Below, piece after piece: positions 59,994-64,000 of a stretch of 64,000 bases of DNA (within the stretch, counting starts at the first letter, position 1; each line of letters starts with the position of its first letter). The DNA comes from Schizochytrium sp. TIO01 (taxonomy: Eukaryota; Protista; Bigyra: Labyrinthulomycetes): NCBI GenBank assembly GCA_004764695.1, contig SMSO01000031.1, forward strand, positions 9,712,037 through 9,776,036. Direction: 5' to 3'. The notes under the pieces were generated by a model that saw only the letters and a program-made list of their open reading frames with translations, made no database searches and had not been told where the DNA came from. The translations under genes were made by a program, and so were the position numbers.

Positions 59994-62900
59994 AAGAAGT
60001 TTTAAATACCTTAGTTTTTGTTAAACCTTGTTGCTGGTCTGTAGGACTATGTGAAGGATATTACTATTTTATAGATTCATAGGATTATGAATGTGCTAGA
60101 AAATTATTAATTATCATAATATAGAGCGTGTAGGTGATGGAAATATTTTCATTGAATATTAAGATTGACAATTTAAGAAGCGAATAAATTAAACGCTGCA
60201 AGAGTCATAGACAACATTCTGAAAGACGTTGGAGAACAATACACAATTAGTGACCGCGCATGCAGCAGCCAGTGATTTTCAAGAAGTGAAGTGAAAAATT
60301 GTCGTAAAGCTCAAATCCCCGATGTTTGCATTTAGAAACAATGATTGAGGGTCATTGTATGAATAAAATATAACCTGACGTTAAATAATGCCTTATAAGT
60401 CCATAATTCTTCATACACATCCTGGAGTGTGAATGTGAAGGTAAGTTTAGAAGTCGTTTTCAAGTTTATCAAATCCCTGCACCCAAATTTTTGGTTAGTA
60501 TTTATTAAAGTATTACTCGAGCTTCAGCTTTTTTAAGCACATGGTTTGCTCGTGACGACCTTTCCAAGTTTGAGAAGGCTCGATAAATTATGAAAATGCA
60601 ACAACTTCTGAAGCAACGTCTATGGGGAAGCTTGACCATTGTTTTTCTGTTTTTCTATAGTGTCAGACAAAATATTTAATGACACATGTGATTTAATAAC
60701 TAATAACTTGTTGCAGAATGATCAATAATGAGAATGTGAATCCCTTCTCCAACAAGGATGGCGTCGTTGTGCATTGTTGTGCATTGAGCGAAAATGATGT
60801 TGCAGGCCTCATTCAGTACCAAAGCCATATCTATTCAGGTGTCTCACCCAAATGTAAATTAACGCCACCCTTCAATGCGAAATCTATGTAATCAGTTTGT
60901 CTGTGTCTAGAAGCTCAATAAACTCAATACTATCCTTTTCTCTTTCACACTCTTCATTAGGCCTCACAGACCACCTTACTAGAGCTCGTTCTCTTGTCAG
61001 ACTGCCTCTGTACGGTCCATTGCAGAAGCTAATATGCAAAAGCTAGATTTAGCAAACCTAAAATGTTGTATTCTGGTAAAGTATTTATGATATAGACTGT
61101 ATTCAAATAAAAAAGCAGCTAGAAGAAGAAGCGCGTGATCACGCAAAAGCTCGAGCAGTCAATAGTATCATGGTAATATCCTAACAAAGTGTCTGGTGTA
61201 CTTTAATGGCTCATTTCTGGTATAATCTGATCACTGTTTCGATAAAACTCAGTAAGCAATCTCTTTTTGAACGCAGATTCTAACGCCGTATATCGAGCGA
61301 CATGAATGTAAGAGCTGCGTACGGCATTCAATCCACCAGGCAGCTGGCGCCCAATAGTGTCATGAGATGGACTCACGTCGTATAAATTGTCTGGAAGAGC
61401 AGAGCCTTACCGTGGATGCATTGCCTTCCTTCCTCCTTTCATTTCACGACCATCATTGCTTGGACGGCTCCACATGCTAGTCTGCTTCACAATCTTACGA
61501 CGAAGGTAATTGTTTTAGTTTATGCACATTCATTCTGAAAGCAAAGGGATTGTAGTATATTAATTAGCCGTGGCGTTATATAGTGCAACGTAACTTTCTA
61601 GTTTCGAGATGGCCTGATTTTGTTTAATCGCAAGAACAAATTCGTACACCAACAATCTACGCTCGAATGAAGCTGAACGAATCACTCATATCCGGCATAA
61701 AACTCGTCTGAAAATCCAAAGCATGCAACACTGATCAGAACTGGATCTCAAGAAACCCGAACATTTATGAATCAATGACAGTGACGGGTGTCTAGGTGTT
61801 CGTAGCTGTACTTAATAAGTGTCTACTGGGCATAACATCATTCTTGTAAGCTCTGCTACTCCGATGATAAGCTTGTAGATATACTAAGATGGAGTCGAGC
61901 AGCATTGCATCAGCCTCTAAACTTGCCCTCAAATCCTCACGTTCAAAGCAACTCTTTCTTCTTTATCTGGTCCCAACGTTCATCTTGCTTACACAACTCT
62001 TCAGTACTCTCACTCTGACCAAACATTTGAAACACTTTGTGAATGTTTACTAAGATTTTCCCAAATGGCTTAGAACCCATTTTTCTTCTTGGACCCTTTT
62101 CACTCTTAGTGCACTGTTTTGCGACTCATTCTAGACCTCATCCGATTCCTTCTTTAGTTCAATCAGTGTCGCGTTTCCTAGTTGATTGGAAGGCAATCGG
62201 AGAGAAGAAAGAAGGGATCTGAGCAAGGATAGGCTAGCCTTCAGAATGGTGAACGAAGAGGTTGCGTGCGTGGAGCGCAGTCGCAGCTCTTTGAGAAAAC
62301 AAAGTTCATCAGAGTCAGTTAGGTTAGCTATGTGTGGGCTAAGAAGACTTGGCTTATGTCGCCGGTGAGACTTGACTGATTGATTATTTTGTGTGTTTTG
62401 GGCATGCTTGCTTGTGGAGCTTCTTCTTCTTGGAGAGGTGTGCAATTTCCTTGTTGCACTTAAGCGTGCACAATAAGAGGATTGCGTTTTAACTCTGAAA
62501 GATTTTCGATTGAAAGATATTTCTTTAAACTTTACTTTTTAAATGGAAAAGTAAAAGAAATCTTTAACTTGAAAGAAGTAAAAGTAGTTATTATATTTTA
62601 AAAAAAAATTATAAATGGAGTATAAGGGGAATGCATTCATTAGACATCTTGTATTGAAACGGTCTAGAGGGCGAGGACCTCAGTAAGAATTATCTTTTCT
62701 AACGTAGTTGTAATGACCTTGGGTCAGCAGGTGAGGATGCAAGAGCTTTCTTCGATCTTCAAACTGCCACAAGCAGCCTGTGACAAGCAGCCTTGGACTG
62801 AACGAGATTATGATTGAGACGTCCCTGTAGATAAACCCCTGTGAACGTGCACATACTTGGTTGGTAAGTTTCAATACTGTGCAAGGGAGGAGTTATCTTT

Positions 62901-63771
62901 CGTGTAGTTCGAAATCGGCTAAGTTTTTCTTTACCTTTCTATTTGTTGCTATCCCTGTTCAGGGTATTTTCAATTTTTTTTCAAGTCATAAATATATATA
63001 TGTCCTTATTCGTCTTTAGTATCACAGATACTTCCAACTGTTCATGGCAGCAAACATGACCCAAGGTACCAGATCCAAGTTTTTGGAAGAAATTCCCCGC
63101 AGCAATTTTCACTTTTTAAATTTATAGAAATTCCGGTACAAATATTTGGAAATTTCCCAAATTTGCCACCATTGGATTTGGTCTTTCAAAACATCCAAAA
63201 CAAGCAAACACCTACAATATCCATCTTCGGTTTCTGCATCGGACCGGCCCTTGTTCAACGCGGCCACTGAACGGGAAACCGTCAGACAGAACAGAACAGT
63301 TGGCAAGTTTCCAACTGTTTGCCGGTTTTGTGAGTTCTCGAGGTGGCGCGAGGAAGGGTGTGTGCGGACGGGTTCAACTCTGTTGGACTTGTGAAGCTCG
63401 AAAATACTTCCTGATTAATGCGCTAAGATTGGATCTGAGACAGCGTGTGCCGTTTGGGTACATTTTGAAGCTGTTGCGGTTCTTGAAGCTTCGTATTGTT
63501 ACCGTAGATCTTCGGCAAAGTTTTGATCTGAACCGAAGGCGTGAGGACCGTTGCCTGTGGATGAATATTTCTTCAGAAGCGTGGGCAGCACTTTCACATT
63601 CGAAGTCTTCCCCTAGGGCTGTCTGATTTAATAAAAAGACATTCCTTCTGGGCGTGAGATTGGTCAAGGGTTGAAAGGACAAATTGGCTGAGTTTGAAAT
63701 ACACTTGGATTGTTAAAGAAATTTTACTTAGAATGGTTTTAGTACCATTTTAAATGAAATAAAGTATAAGC

Positions 63772-64000
63772 AATTCTGGGTTGATCCCCTCCCCCAGTAG
63801 TCACTTGCTCGGCTCAAAGATTAAGCCATGCATGTGTAAGTATAAGTGCGATGTACTGTGAGAACTGCCGAACGGCTCATTATATCAGTAATAATTTCTT
63901 CGGGTGTTGCTTTTATATGGATACCTGCAGTAATTCTGGAAATAATACATGCTGTAAGAGCCCTGTATGGGGCTGCACTTATTAGATTGAAGCCGATTTT
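63772..64000 (+). rRNA. 18S rRNA 5' end (second copy, truncated by the window; contains indels)
   Basis: Matches 30527 onward (CTCAAAGATTAAGCCATGCATGTGTAAGTATAAG...) with several indels in the first ~130 nt. Confidence 0.85.

Overview
Eukaryotic DNA. The 18S sequence points to a thraustochytrid stramenopile (Aurantiochytrium/Schizochytrium-like), and the window looks like a chromosome-arm to rDNA-repeat (probably subtelomeric) transition. Bases 1-17 kb hold ordinary genes: the 3' end of a purple acid phosphatase, TTLL1, an eEF2K-like alpha-kinase, a Q/S-rich winged-helix protein and an enoyl-CoA hydratase. From about 18 kb there are two copies of a unit [5S rRNA(-), ~385-bp tandem array, spacer, 18S...]. 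Between them lie a full 18S-5.8S-28S operon, five tRNAs, a kinase-RING pseudogene and a ~420-bp tandem array on the minus strand. Main finding: the three long tandem arrays, which look non-coding in the ORF track, are spliced genes. Each repeat unit is one intron plus one 84-nt phase-2/phase-2 exon encoding a single 28-aa ribonuclease-inhibitor-type leucine-rich repeat. There are 42 LRR exons in total, none has a stop, and each array splices in frame to a unique first exon and a unique last exon. Variation is concentrated in the codons for the concave ligand-binding face, while scaffold codons and introns are nearly identical. Modules recur in shuffled positions, and two exons carry in-frame loop insertions. 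Two genes are LRR plus a short C-terminal domain (18 and 11 LRRs). The third is a ~1310-aa LRR-helical-Ser/Thr kinase-RING/RBR-like protein. The inference is a diversifying variable-LRR receptor (immune-like) system carried inside the rDNA repeat.
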